From the NCBI RefSeq assembly GCF_009914755.1, contig NC_060940.1: a stretch of DNA of 64,000 nt; one strand, 5' to 3'. Source of the stretch: the human T2T-CHM13v2.0 reference genome, Homo sapiens. A program made the position numbers and the translations under genes. The notes below the pieces were generated by a model that saw only the letters and a program-made list of their open reading frames with translations, did not search any database and was not told where the DNA came from. Positions 1 through 10,740 of the stretch are shown here, piece by piece. Each line of letters opens with the position of its first letter. Position 1 is the first letter of the stretch.

Positions 1-285
<285 letters not shown>

Positions 286-1297
286 TAGTTTATTTTTAAT
301 TTTCTTTTGTATCCAATTTTAACTTACTCTTAAAAATACAAACATATGTAATTGGTGTTTAGTCAACACTCAGTGTATTTTAATAAACAACATTTTTTAA
401 TCGGAAAAAAAAAAACCTGTAATGCCTTGAGTGATCCTGCCAGATGAACCCTGGCGTAAAGTTCATGCTGCCTTAGGCACCATTGCCACCTGGTGTCAGA
501 CATCGGAATTGCAGGCTTGGCGGCAGCTAAAGTGGCGGGGGTGGTGGGGTGGTGGAGCAGGGGGCGCGCAGGACCCATTTTGATTAGGAGAGGGCAGGTT
601 TCCTGTCTTAGCCACCTAAACCCTCCAGGCGCTGTTGAGTATGTGTCAACAGGTGCCTGTTCGTTTGTAATTTGGTGACAGCTAGATCTGTATCAGCTTT
701 CTTTTATCTGTGTGTCCTGAATGATTATTGTGTTCATGGCCTTTCAATTGTTTTGTTATAATCAAATTAACGTTTGAAGGTTCTGATGATAAAGTGACAT
801 AAATATAGATGAATACTTGAGGGTAAACTCTAGATTCCACTTATGCCAATAATAGTTCTCTTTAGTTGCACATCTACATAAAAAGACCCCCCCCCATACT
901 TTGACCCCAACTGCTTCTCAGCCTAACCCTCTACATGCTTAAGCATATGCCAGTAACTCACGATTTGCAAAACTTTCCAGACTCTTCCTTGTCTGCCTGC
1001 TGCCTTTGTCTGTGCTGTTCCCTCTGCCTGGAACTACTCTCCTCCACCTTTCCCTTCCAAATTTATTCTTCAAATGTCAAATCAAGGTCGACAATTTGTA
1101 GGAAAATTCCATAAAGTAAATTCAGAAACGACAGTGTTGTATGTTGTATTGCAGTGTCTCTAGAGAATGGAAGATGTGGTTCTGAACCCATTTTTATCTC
1201 TTTCATAGCTTTGGCCATGGCCAGCTTGCTGACTCATTCTATCTCAGTGGTTTCATCCATTAAGTGGAAATAATAATGTCCTCTGCCTCCAGCATTG

Positions 1298-1300
<3 letters not shown>

Positions 1301-1370
<70 letters not shown>
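1301..1370. repeat. (TA)n microsatellite, ~26 uninterrupted units plus a further run
   Basis: Direct reading. Confidence 0.97.
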
Positions 1371-1765
1371 CACAACCCTAATTTGAGGTTTATATATAAC
1401 ATATATATTTTATTTATTATATATATTTAATACATAGGGATTTAATATATGTAATATTTAATATATATAATGGGGTTTAATATATATAATATGTAGGGTT
1501 TAATATATATATTAATATATAATACATAGGGGTTTAATATATATAATACATAGGGGTTTAATATATATATTATATATCATATTTAGGGGTTTCACATATA
1601 TAAAACCCCTAAATTGAGGTATCTATATATAATATTGATGCATATATATTTAATATATAGGGGTTTGATATATATAATATTTAGGGGTTATATACATATT
1701 ATATATATAAGCCCCCTAAATAGATGTGTGTATGTGTATATATGTGTATATATGTATATGTATAA
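1371..1765. repeat. AT-rich degenerate minisatellite with (A/T)GGGGTTTAATATAT units in both orientations
   Basis: Repeated ggggtttaatatat motif and inverted aacccctaaat copies. Confidence 0.85.
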
Positions 1766-2270
1766 ACCTTTTCTGATGAGACAAAGTGCTTCCTCTCCAC
1801 CATGCCTAGTACCTAGTAGAAGTGACAGGGCAGGTGACACTGGATTAGTGGATATATGTAAATACCTGGAATCTTGATCAATGCATGCGCAGCAAATGGC
1901 TTCCATTACCTTTTTTGTTTTGTTTGCAGATAAATATTTTTTTGAAAAAAATATATTTCGTGGAGTTAAAAATAATAAAATGTCCAACTTTGACTGAACT
2001 GGCATTATTGCCCTCCTTGATCCATCACTGTATGTCACCCGAGTGCTGGTAAGCTTCCTCAGCTGCCAGCTGCAAAGACGTGGATATTAGGATGAAAGGC
2101 GTTAGGCAGTGATGCTATTTCTGGTGCTGTTACTTTAGTCAAATATGTGTTCACCAGGTACCCATGTGCTGGCACCTGTGATTAGTGAATTGCTCATGGG
2201 AGTATGTTTGCAATGTGCTTTCTCTGTGTTTTCCAGGCAGTTTTAAATGTCTCTCTGTTTTTCTGACTAG

Positions 2271-2423
2271 GTAGTCGATAGTGACAGGCCAGAAAGGTCC
2301 AAGTTCCGGCTCACTGGAAAGGGAGTGGATCAAGAGCCTAAAGGAATTTTCAGAATCAATGAGAACACAGGGAGCGTCTCCGTGACACGGACCTTGGACA
2401 GAGAAGTAATCGCTGTTTATCAA
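2271..2423 (+). CDS. CDH13: Internal coding exon of cadherin-13 (T-cadherin/H-cadherin), EC1 domain; 153 bp, phase 0-0 (probably exon 5)
   Basis: Polypyrimidine acceptor ...ctctctgtttttctgactAG| and donor CAA|GTGAGT. The open frame [51 protein letters not shown] contains the cadherin LDRE Ca-binding motif and matches human CDH13 as I recall it. It is absent from the ORF track because it has no start codon. Confidence 0.97.
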
Positions 2424-3656
2424 GTGAGTACCCCTCTCCCATGCCCACCCTGTGCGCAGAAATGTGGCTTTCAAAGATTGTTTTCTTCCCACTGAGCTCA
2501 TTATTTCTGTGCCTCATCAAACCCGGGACTGCATGGCTTTAGGGTGTTTCTGTGGGAGCTGAAGTGGATGGAATTGAACCCTGACAGGGCAACAGTGGGG
2601 GGTCTTTATCTCATCAGTAGAGCCCTCCAGGCCTGCATCAGACTTTGGGTACCAGAGACCAAGAAGGGAGACCCTGGGGGCATCTCAGAGGAGGTCAGAA
2701 CCCTTAGGGCAACTTTGGCTTTCCAGAGACCAGCTTGATGATCTAGAGCTGGAAGAGGTATAAACCCCAAGACCTGATATAATTAGCAAGACATGGTCCT
2801 TAGGGTGAAAACAGTTGCTAAATATTCAGCCATAAAGGAGTAGTTAAATTATGGCAGATTTTGCAAGGCAGTTTTCTCTAGCCATTTAAAATGCTTCTGA
2901 AGAAGTTGTGTTATATGGGAGAGATTCAAGATATTGAATGAAAACAACATACAGACACATGTGGTATCCTCATTACCAATGGAGTATTTGCACATATCAT
3001 GAGGTGTATATGTTTAACAAAAATGATAAAGAAAAATCAGTGGGTTAATGGTTGTATTTGGAAGTGATTGATTGATTGATTGATTTGGTTTTCTTACCTA
3101 CTTAAATGCATTATTGTGAGTTTGAAGTGAGAAGATACTATAAGGGCGTTGGAGGCATAAAGTGCTGGACAGACATAGAGCAGTAGCATGATGGTAGGTA
3201 GTAAAGTCCCCACCCTCCAGCAGAACCCTTACTGGGCAATGCACTCAAGGGTCTCAGGCCCTGGGAGGATGCGGGTGCTTTCCAGATGTCCATCTCGGAA
3301 GCCTTGCCAAAGCCTTTTCTGAGCATTTGCTGGGGGAGTCACCTGTCAATGAGAACTGAAACGTGAGCCATGAGTCCCAACTTATACTCAAGGGGAATCA
3401 GGTAGTTGTATAAATTGAATGTTGGTGACCTCAGAAATACCCAGTTCCAGCTGGCCTTGACAGTAACCAGAGGTGACCTGGCAGCTATTGGGGTCCAGCT
3501 CCTGTAGGAACAACCAGCAGCAGACTATGGATAGATGCCCTCTTGTCTTTCTGTGCCCATCATGGGAGTCTCCAAGAAAGTTCTGGCACAAAAAACTAAG
3601 GAAAGATACAATAAATTTCATAATTTCTTAGCAGAGTGATCAAGAGCTGTGGGATC

Positions 3657-4012
3657 TGATATGGTTTAGCTGTCTCCCCAATCTCATCTTGAATTGTAGC
3701 TCTGAGAATTCACACGTGTCATGGGAGGGACCCAGTGGGAGGTAATTGAGTCATGGGGGTGAGTCTTTCTCGTGCTGTTCTCGTGATAGTGAATAAGTCT
3801 CATGAGATCTGATGGTTTTATGAATGGGAGTTCCCCTGCACATGCTTTCTTGCCCACCGTGTAAGAAGTCCCCTTGTTCTTCCTCCATCTTCTGCCATGA
3901 TTGTGAGGCCTCCCCAGCCATGTGGAACTGTGAGTTCATTAAATCTCTGTCCTTTATAAATTACCCAGTCCCGGGTATGTCTTCATTAGCAGCATGAGAA
4001 CGGACTAATACA
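3657..4012 (+). mobile_element. THE1 (C/D-like) MaLR solo LTR inserted in a MIR
   Basis: TGATATGGTTT...GGACTAATACA termini; TSD GGATC/GCATC. Confidence 0.9.
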
Positions 4013-4254
4013 GCATCTGAGATCCTCCATTCAGGTCTCAGTGCTGCTGCGTACTGAGCTGTGGGACCTTGAGCAACACTCTTACCCTCCCTGATCTTGG
4101 GATTCTTGTCCATAAAGTATGATTACAGCTAACGCTTCTGAGGATTATAAAAAATGAAATTACTAGTTTTTGCTAACTAGTAATTGCTAAACAGCTAATA
4201 AAACAGAGCTTCGGTTGCAGCTTGGAGCTTCCCATACTTTTTAAAAACTGAGGC

Positions 4255-4490
4255 CATATAATATTACGGTCGTTAAAAGCATGGATTCTGCACACAGCCA
4301 GATTGGCTGCATTCAAATCATGGCTATCATGTACTAGGTGTGGAAACTTGACAAATTGTCTGCCTCAACTTCTTATCCTGGAAAATGGGAAAAATAATAA
4401 TGATGTCATAGGATTTCATAAGGATTAAATGAGTTAATACATATGAAGCATTTAGAAAATGCTGGAAACATAGTAAGCATCATATAATCT
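4255..4490 (+). mobile_element. MIR
   Basis: ...aaggattaaatgagttaatacatatgaagcatttagaa... MIR core; boundaries approximate. Confidence 0.7.
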
Positions 4491-5442
4491 TCCTACATGG
4501 GTGACAATAATCAATGATATTAAAGGTGAAGGAAGGTAAGTGAAAACCCAAAGGATTCCAAGTTATAGCCCAATCTCTCATGTCCAGCACAAACTTTCCT
4601 TGAGTAGTCTTGAGTTTTTACTATACTTTTATAGTCTATGTCATAGCATATGGATTGATTGAGCAATTCATTCATTTTACATACATTTAATTGAGTGCTT
4701 ATAGGGTAAGGGACACGCTTCAAGGTGTTCGGAGGATACAGTAGCAACAAGACACACTGGGTTCCTTGCTTTCATGTATCTTTTATTCTAGTTCTTTGTT
4801 TCAGAATAAACTGGCTTGAATTCCTCTCTTCTGTGTGTAGGTGACATGGCAGGAAGTTGTGCCTGGTTTGTAACATGGCTTGTTGATAACACCAGCACAG
4901 GGTCATATACCCTCATTGGAAAGGGTACTGGTGTTTAGTGGGAATGCAGTTTCTTACACAAGTACTTGGGTTACTTACGACTGGCAGACTGGGGCCCAGC
5001 CCTTGGCAGCGCACTCTTCAATGGGCTCATGAGGGCCTACTTTCTGATGCCGTTTCCCTCCGTGCTTCATGCACTTCAATTCGGTCATTGTCCTGTTTAC
5101 ATCATACCCGCACTGAAGCTTCTTGCAGTTGCTGAAGCTTCTTCCTTGAAGAAGCAAGTTTGAGGAAGAGCCCCGATCATTCTGCGGTTCTTTATTTTTA
5201 GATGATGAGAACTGGGTTACTCTCATGTTGGTCTACTTTGGGCACAGGAATGTTGCAATTTCCGTTCATTCCAAGTGCCTGTTTAAGAATAAGTTACTAT
5301 TTTAGTAGTACAGCTAGATCCATGGTATTCATGGTAGTCAACACGGTTGGGAGCAAATGTGGTTCTTCAAAGAGGAGAATCCTGGGTCTCCAAATCCTCA
5401 CATTTTAGTTTCTAGTCTTGCAAGTTTAAAAAGGAGAGAGCC

Positions 5443-5603
5443 GGGTGCAGCACACCAACATGGCTCATGTATACATATGTAACAAACCTGTACGTTGTGC
5501 ACATGTACCATAGAACTTAAAGTGTAATAATAATAAAAAATAATAAATAAATAAAAATAAAAATAGAAAAACAGAGCAAGAAAAAAAAAGAAAAAGAAAA
5601 AAA
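5443..5603 (+). mobile_element. Heavily 5'-truncated L1PA (PA4/5-like) 3' end with A-rich tail
   Basis: gggtgcagcacaccaacatgg...tagaacttaaagt; 15-bp TSD AAAAAGGAGAGAGCC (5428-5442, 5604-5618) at a TTT/AAAA site. Confidence 0.93.
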
Positions 5604-5829
5604 AAAAAGGAGAGAGCCTGCAGGTGAATGTGTTGCCATCATAATAGCGCCAATGTTTCTGTTGTTTAAAGTTAAGTGCTGCTCACATGCAAGTACATGT
5701 TGATGTATTAACGTTTTCCAAATCCAACAAGAAATATTTTGATCTAAACCTCAGGGATTTGTATGATAAGAAATAATCTGGAATACATTTGTCCTTGGGC
5801 CCCTGAAAGTGCATCACCATTGAAGCTCC

Positions 5830-6050
5830 TGTTTATTGAACACTGCATGGCAGATATTATGCTAAACACTTTGTATAATTCTCTTATTTAATCCATTTCA
5901 CACAAGAGACTTAAGAAGTAGGTGTTAACACCATTTCACAGATAAGCAAATAGCTGTTAAACAACTTTTTCAAGGTCTCACAGCTGGCATGTATTGGATT
6001 TGGGATCCATATCCATTTCTTTTCAGCTCCAAAGCCCCACATTTTCAATC
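5830..6050 (-). mobile_element. MIR
   Basis: tttattgaacact...ccatttcacagataagcaaa...caaggtctcacagctgg; approximate. Confidence 0.6.
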
Positions 6051-7787
6051 ACTAAGAAACACTCTTCCTATTTTATCCCCAGCTAGATTTTATATCTAAT
6101 CTGCAAATTCCTTAGCTCCTTTCCTAGGAACTCTGCTTACCGGGGCTGGGAAGGGAGTTTGGCTGGCTGGGTGATCTATTACTTTTTAAAAACCATCCAT
6201 TTCCGTGACCCACTGCCATCTTGCCACTCCTCCCTGCCCCAGCCCCCAGAAAAACTTCCCCAGCTTCTGACCCAAAGTAGCACCTGGCAAAATAATTTAT
6301 CTCTTGCAGTATTGGAAGCTGACATACTAATGCAAAGCCTCCTGAAATATTACTCATTATTATGCATTTTGCCAGCATTTGAGTGATATGTGAACTCTTC
6401 ACTGGAATAAAGTACTGTAAATGATTCATGAATGACCAAGTTTATGAAATTCTATAAAAATATTAGCAGGTGGTAATGATTCCCTCACACTGTGAATATG
6501 ATCTACTGGCTGCAAATTTGCCAATATGGGATGACGGGAGTGGAGTGGGAGACCATCTGTTAGGCGAGTGGGGGAGGAAGACGGTGGGGGGGCGGTTGGG
6601 ATGGGCTCTGCAGGAGGTGCAGGGCAAAACAGGAAGGATGGCCAAGACCATGGTAGCAGGCAGGTGTCCTTGGCAGGAGACCTTCACACTGATCTGTTGT
6701 CCAGTGGGAGATGCTCAGATAACTGGGAATGTCAGAGCTGGGTGGGAGAAGAGAGGAGCATATGGAAGAAGAGGCAAAACTAACTTTATTGAGCATCTAT
6801 TAAGTGCCCAAGAATTCCCTAGATCCCTGACATACACAGACCTATGAAAATGGTTATCTTGTCTTCACTGATGAATTAGATGAGGGCTAAACAGGTTCCC
6901 AAGATGTATTTTTACTATTAATGTTGGGGTGAACATGTCTTGAACATTTACAGTGTGCCAAGGCTCCATGCCAAATACTCAGATGATGGTCTCATCTCAT
7001 CTTCATAAAGATAACCTTGATACGTCTATCACACTCAATTCTAGAACAGGTAACTGGAACCACCTGTGTTCCTGGCCTCAGAACATGGAAAGGACCTCAC
7101 TGCCACCTTCTGAGTATTTGCTCACATTTCATACTATATAACTTGTTCTTTTTTGAGCCAATTTCTTGGTCAAGTTTTGAATTTGTGGTCAAGAATGTTG
7201 TCATAAAATTGAAATACAACTGGCATTCAGAGGTATCCTTGCTCATATATTTTCTTTTGTTAATGTGGCTCTACCCCAATTCTAACCCATCTGTAGCTCC
7301 ATGACAATTTGGCAGAATACACATTAAAGTGAAAGCTGCTGCCGTCATGCGGAAATAGGTGTATCATAATGTCAGTGCTTATAAGACGATTGGGAGATAT
7401 AGATGTACCCATATTAGAGAGTTATTTAAGTGATTAACCTGGTTATAAAAACGTTCATGTTATGAACAAATGATGCACATATTACCTTGATGGGATTGTA
7501 CTACACCTGATTAGACTTGTACTTGGAAAGGACCCCAGCCCTCACTAGTAGGGACATGCTATGTAAGTCTTCTTTGTCCTCTACTCTGGTCTCCCCCATT
7601 GCTACCTTTCTTAGCCAGGGTTCTTGGTGGCAGTCAACAAAATCACCTCCAACTAGTTTACAAAGGAAGAGATTTATTAAAGCGTACAGGTAGCCATTAG
7701 GATTGCCCAAAGTGCCAAGTAACCTAGCTGACAAGGCCAGATGAGGTGGTGCTACAGGAAATACCCACATATGAAACTATTCTAGGG

Positions 7788-8009
7788 CAAGGTTTTTCAA
7801 CAGTGGCACTATTGAAATTTGAGGCTGGGTGATTCTTTGTTATGGGGGGCTGTCCTGTGAATTGTAGGAGGCTTAGCAGCACCAATGGCCTCTACCCACT
7901 AGATGCCAGTACCACCACCCCCCACCCACACACACACCTAATCTGGACAATCAGATATGTCTGCTGATATTGCCAGTTGTCCTATAAGGGGCAAAATTGA
8001 GAACCACTG
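7788..8009 (-). mobile_element. MER20 (hAT-Charlie)
   Basis: ggggctgtcctgtg...ggcctctacccactagatgccag...ttgagaaccactg. Confidence 0.88.
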
Positions 8010-8020
8010 TTAGAGAGAAG

Positions 8021-8422
8021 TGTCATAGTCCATTTTGTACTGCTGTAACAAAATATCGGAGCCTGGGTATTTATAAAGAAGAGAATCATATTGGCTGTCA
8101 TTTCTAGAGGATGGACAATCCAAGGTCAAGACACCAGTAGGTTTGGTATCTTGTAAGGCCATTCTCTTCTTGCAATATGGTGCCTGGCACCTTGCACCCT
8201 CCAGAAGACAGGAAGGCTGAATTCTCATATGGCAGAAAGTGGAAGGGCCAAAAGACAGCACCTATTCCTGAAAGCCTTTTAAATTAAGGCATCAAACCTA
8301 CCCATGAGGGTGGAACACGCATGCTCTAATCACCTCTAAAGGGCCCCACCTCCCAGCACCATTACATTGGCTATTACATTACACCAAGAGTTTTGGAGGT
8401 GACAGGCATTTCAACCATAGCA
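8021..8422 (-). mobile_element. MST (MSTC/D-like) MaLR LTR
   Basis: TGTCATAGTCCATTTTG...AACCATAGCA termini. Confidence 0.8.
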
Positions 8423-8763
8423 AAGAGTCAATGTCGCTGCTGGCTCTTCCTGCCACTTTGCTCTGATGCTCACAACTGGATGTGGCAGCCCTGCTTGGGT
8501 TACCTAAAAGAGCCAGGTGACTTTGCCAAGCTCAGAACCTCTGATCTGCAAAGCACAGCTGTGGCCTCCCGCCACTCACTTCCATCCAGTCTCACGCTGG
8601 TGCATCTGCAGGAAGAACCTAGACCGTAAGCAGGACTCTAGGTGCAAGAGAGCTGGGTCAACATAGTTTTTAGTTTTTCCAGCTCCCTGGTACAGGAAAG
8701 TCCGCTTGCCAGAGGACTGGAGTGGTGGTTGTCATCTACCACATTGTGATGACATGAGTGCTA

Positions 8764-9311
8764 TTTTTTTAATTCCATGGGTTTTTGGGGAACAGGTGGT
8801 GTTTGGTTGCATGAGTAAGTTCTTTAGTGGTGGTTTGTAAGATTTTGCTGCACCCATCACACGAGCAGTATACACTGAACCAAGTTTGTAGCCTTTTATT
8901 CCTCATTCCCTTCCCACTCTTCCCCCTTGCCAAGTCCCCAAAGTCCATTGTATCATTCTTTTGCCTTTGCATCCTCACAACTTAGCTCCTAATTATGAGT
9001 GAGAACATATGATGTTTGGTTTTCCATTCCTGAGTTACTTCACTTAGAATAATAGTCTTCAATCCCATCCAGATTGTTGCAAATGCCATTAATTCACTCC
9101 TTTTGACTGCTGAGTACTATTCTACCATATATATATGTATGTATACACACACCACAGTTTCTTTATTCACTCATTGATTGATGGGCATTTGGGCTGGTTT
9201 CATATTTTTGCAATTGCGAATTGAGCTGCTATAAACATGTGTGTGCAAGTATCTTTTTCGTATAATGACTTCTTTTCCTCTGTGTAGATACTCAGTAGTG
9301 GGACTGCTGGA
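8764..9311 (-). mobile_element. L1PB1-like 3' fragment
   Basis: tttttggggaacaggtggtgtttggtt...gcacccatcac 3'UTR running into ORF2 end; degenerate TSD gagtgctatttt/gagtgcagtttt. Confidence 0.85.
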
Positions 9312-9559
9312 GTGCAGTTTTATTCCAAGTGAGAGCCTGTCAGTGAGAAGCTTAGTTGCCCAAAGGCAGGTAACAGGCTCACACCTAGGAGAGTGTGTTC
9401 TCAAACCTGTGATCTTCACTTCTGTCATCATTATGGTTCTATCAATCAATAACACACATGTGACCTAAGCAAGAGCCCTGAGTGGGACAAAACAAAGGAT
9501 TTGGGTTAAAAGCCCAGGCTTTGGAGCCAGACCTACAGAGGGAAGAATCTCGACTCTCC

Positions 9560-9640
9560 TATCACGTGAACCATATGAAATTGCCATTCTTACAGGTGAA
9601 AAAGAGGTGAACATTGGCAATTTCATGGTTCATTCTAATA
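9560..9640. mobile_element. MADE2 mariner MITE inside a MIR
   Basis: gaaccatatgaaattgcca...tggcaatttcatggttc TIRs, TA ends. Confidence 0.85.
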
Positions 9641-9925
9641 CTCTGACACCTTTAGCCAGTTACTTCTCAGCCTCTGTTTTCTCATTTTTAGAATGAGAGT
9701 GAGATTACAGTATCATCTCCTAACAGTGTTATCGTTAGTGGGTGTTTATCACTCAGCCCAGTCACTTAGTAAGTGTTCCGGAATTGGGAGCCAGCCTGCC
9801 ACATATCGGTTTTATAGTTTAAGCTCCCTGCAAGTACAATGGACTTGAAAGCACTTGTGAGGGAGCAGCTAGCAGGTAAACAGTTGAATGTCAGTAACTC
9901 TCTGTAAAAGGGAATCATCTCACTG

Positions 9926-10108
9926 GGCAGTTTCAAACTGTGGCCCCAGACTAACAGCGTCACCTGGGAACTTGTTAGAGATGTAAATTGTTAGGTGCTT
10001 TCCCAGGCCTGCTGGATCAGAAACTCTCGGGGTGGGTCTCTCCATCTGGGTTTTAGCCAGCCCACCAGGTCATCCTGAGGCTCACTGTAGTTGGAGGAAC
10101 ACAGGTCT
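9926..10108 (+). mobile_element. MER5A
   Basis: tcacctgggaacttgttagagatgtaaatt...atcagaaactctcggggtggg. Confidence 0.8.
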
Positions 10109-10565
10109 AAATAATCACACTCTTGGGTATTAACATCATGGCAGCTGACCTGATCACTAATTGGCCTTGATGAAGATGACCTTTGAACCTGTTTCGTTAC
10201 AGTTCTGGTTGGGTAACATGTGCCTCAACTGTGCTTATTTCTCCTGGTGCTCCGGTGTGCCATTTGAAAGCCCTCTCCATCCAATTCCAACTCTTCCAAA
10301 CTGCTTTCTTTTTGTTTCATTAGTGGCACCTGAGAGCCAGACAAATTTGTCCCAGGCTTCCTTGCTGCATCCTGCCTAGACTTTGGATGACTGTTAAATG
10401 CCATGTTACTGCGTGTTTGCTTGTTTCTCAGCCAGAGATGAAGATGTCCTCAGAAGATTGGAGTTGGAACAGGCTGATGTAATTCCCGATAGGGGAAATT
10501 AGCCTTGGGGTCGGCAGAACCAGCTTTATCTGCCTTAGTAGATCTGTGACCTTGAACAAAGCATT

Positions 10566-10740
10566 TGTGGTTCTTGAACTTTGTTGCCCTTAGAATCATC
10601 TGGGGAGCTTTGAAAACCCTGAATGCCCAAGCTGCACTCCAAACCAATTAAATCAGGATGTCTCAGAGTGTGACCAGGTGTCAGTATGTTTATAAAATTC
10701 TCCAAGTTTTTCCATTGTGAAGCCAAGTTTGAGAAACTGT
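10566..10740. mobile_element. MER5 family (MER5A1-like)
   Basis: tggttcttgaact...agaatcatctggggagcttt...gtttgagaaac. Confidence 0.7.

Larger units (their letters stand above)
7615..8740 (-). mobile_element. Old MLT1 (MLT1N/M-like) LTR fragments interrupted by MER20 and MST
   Basis: gggttcttggtggcagtcaaca...atttattaaag and ggtgcatctg...gctggg segments resemble old MaLR. Confidence 0.45.

Noticed and set aside
1371-1722. Recurrent GGGGTTT units suggesting a CRISPR array or interstitial telomere (TTAGGGG)
   Set aside because: Eukaryotic context, spacers are just (TA)n, no cas genes, and no tandem TTAGGG.
2151-2501. 116-aa minus-strand ORF
   Set aside because: Antisense shadow of the real CDH13 exon.
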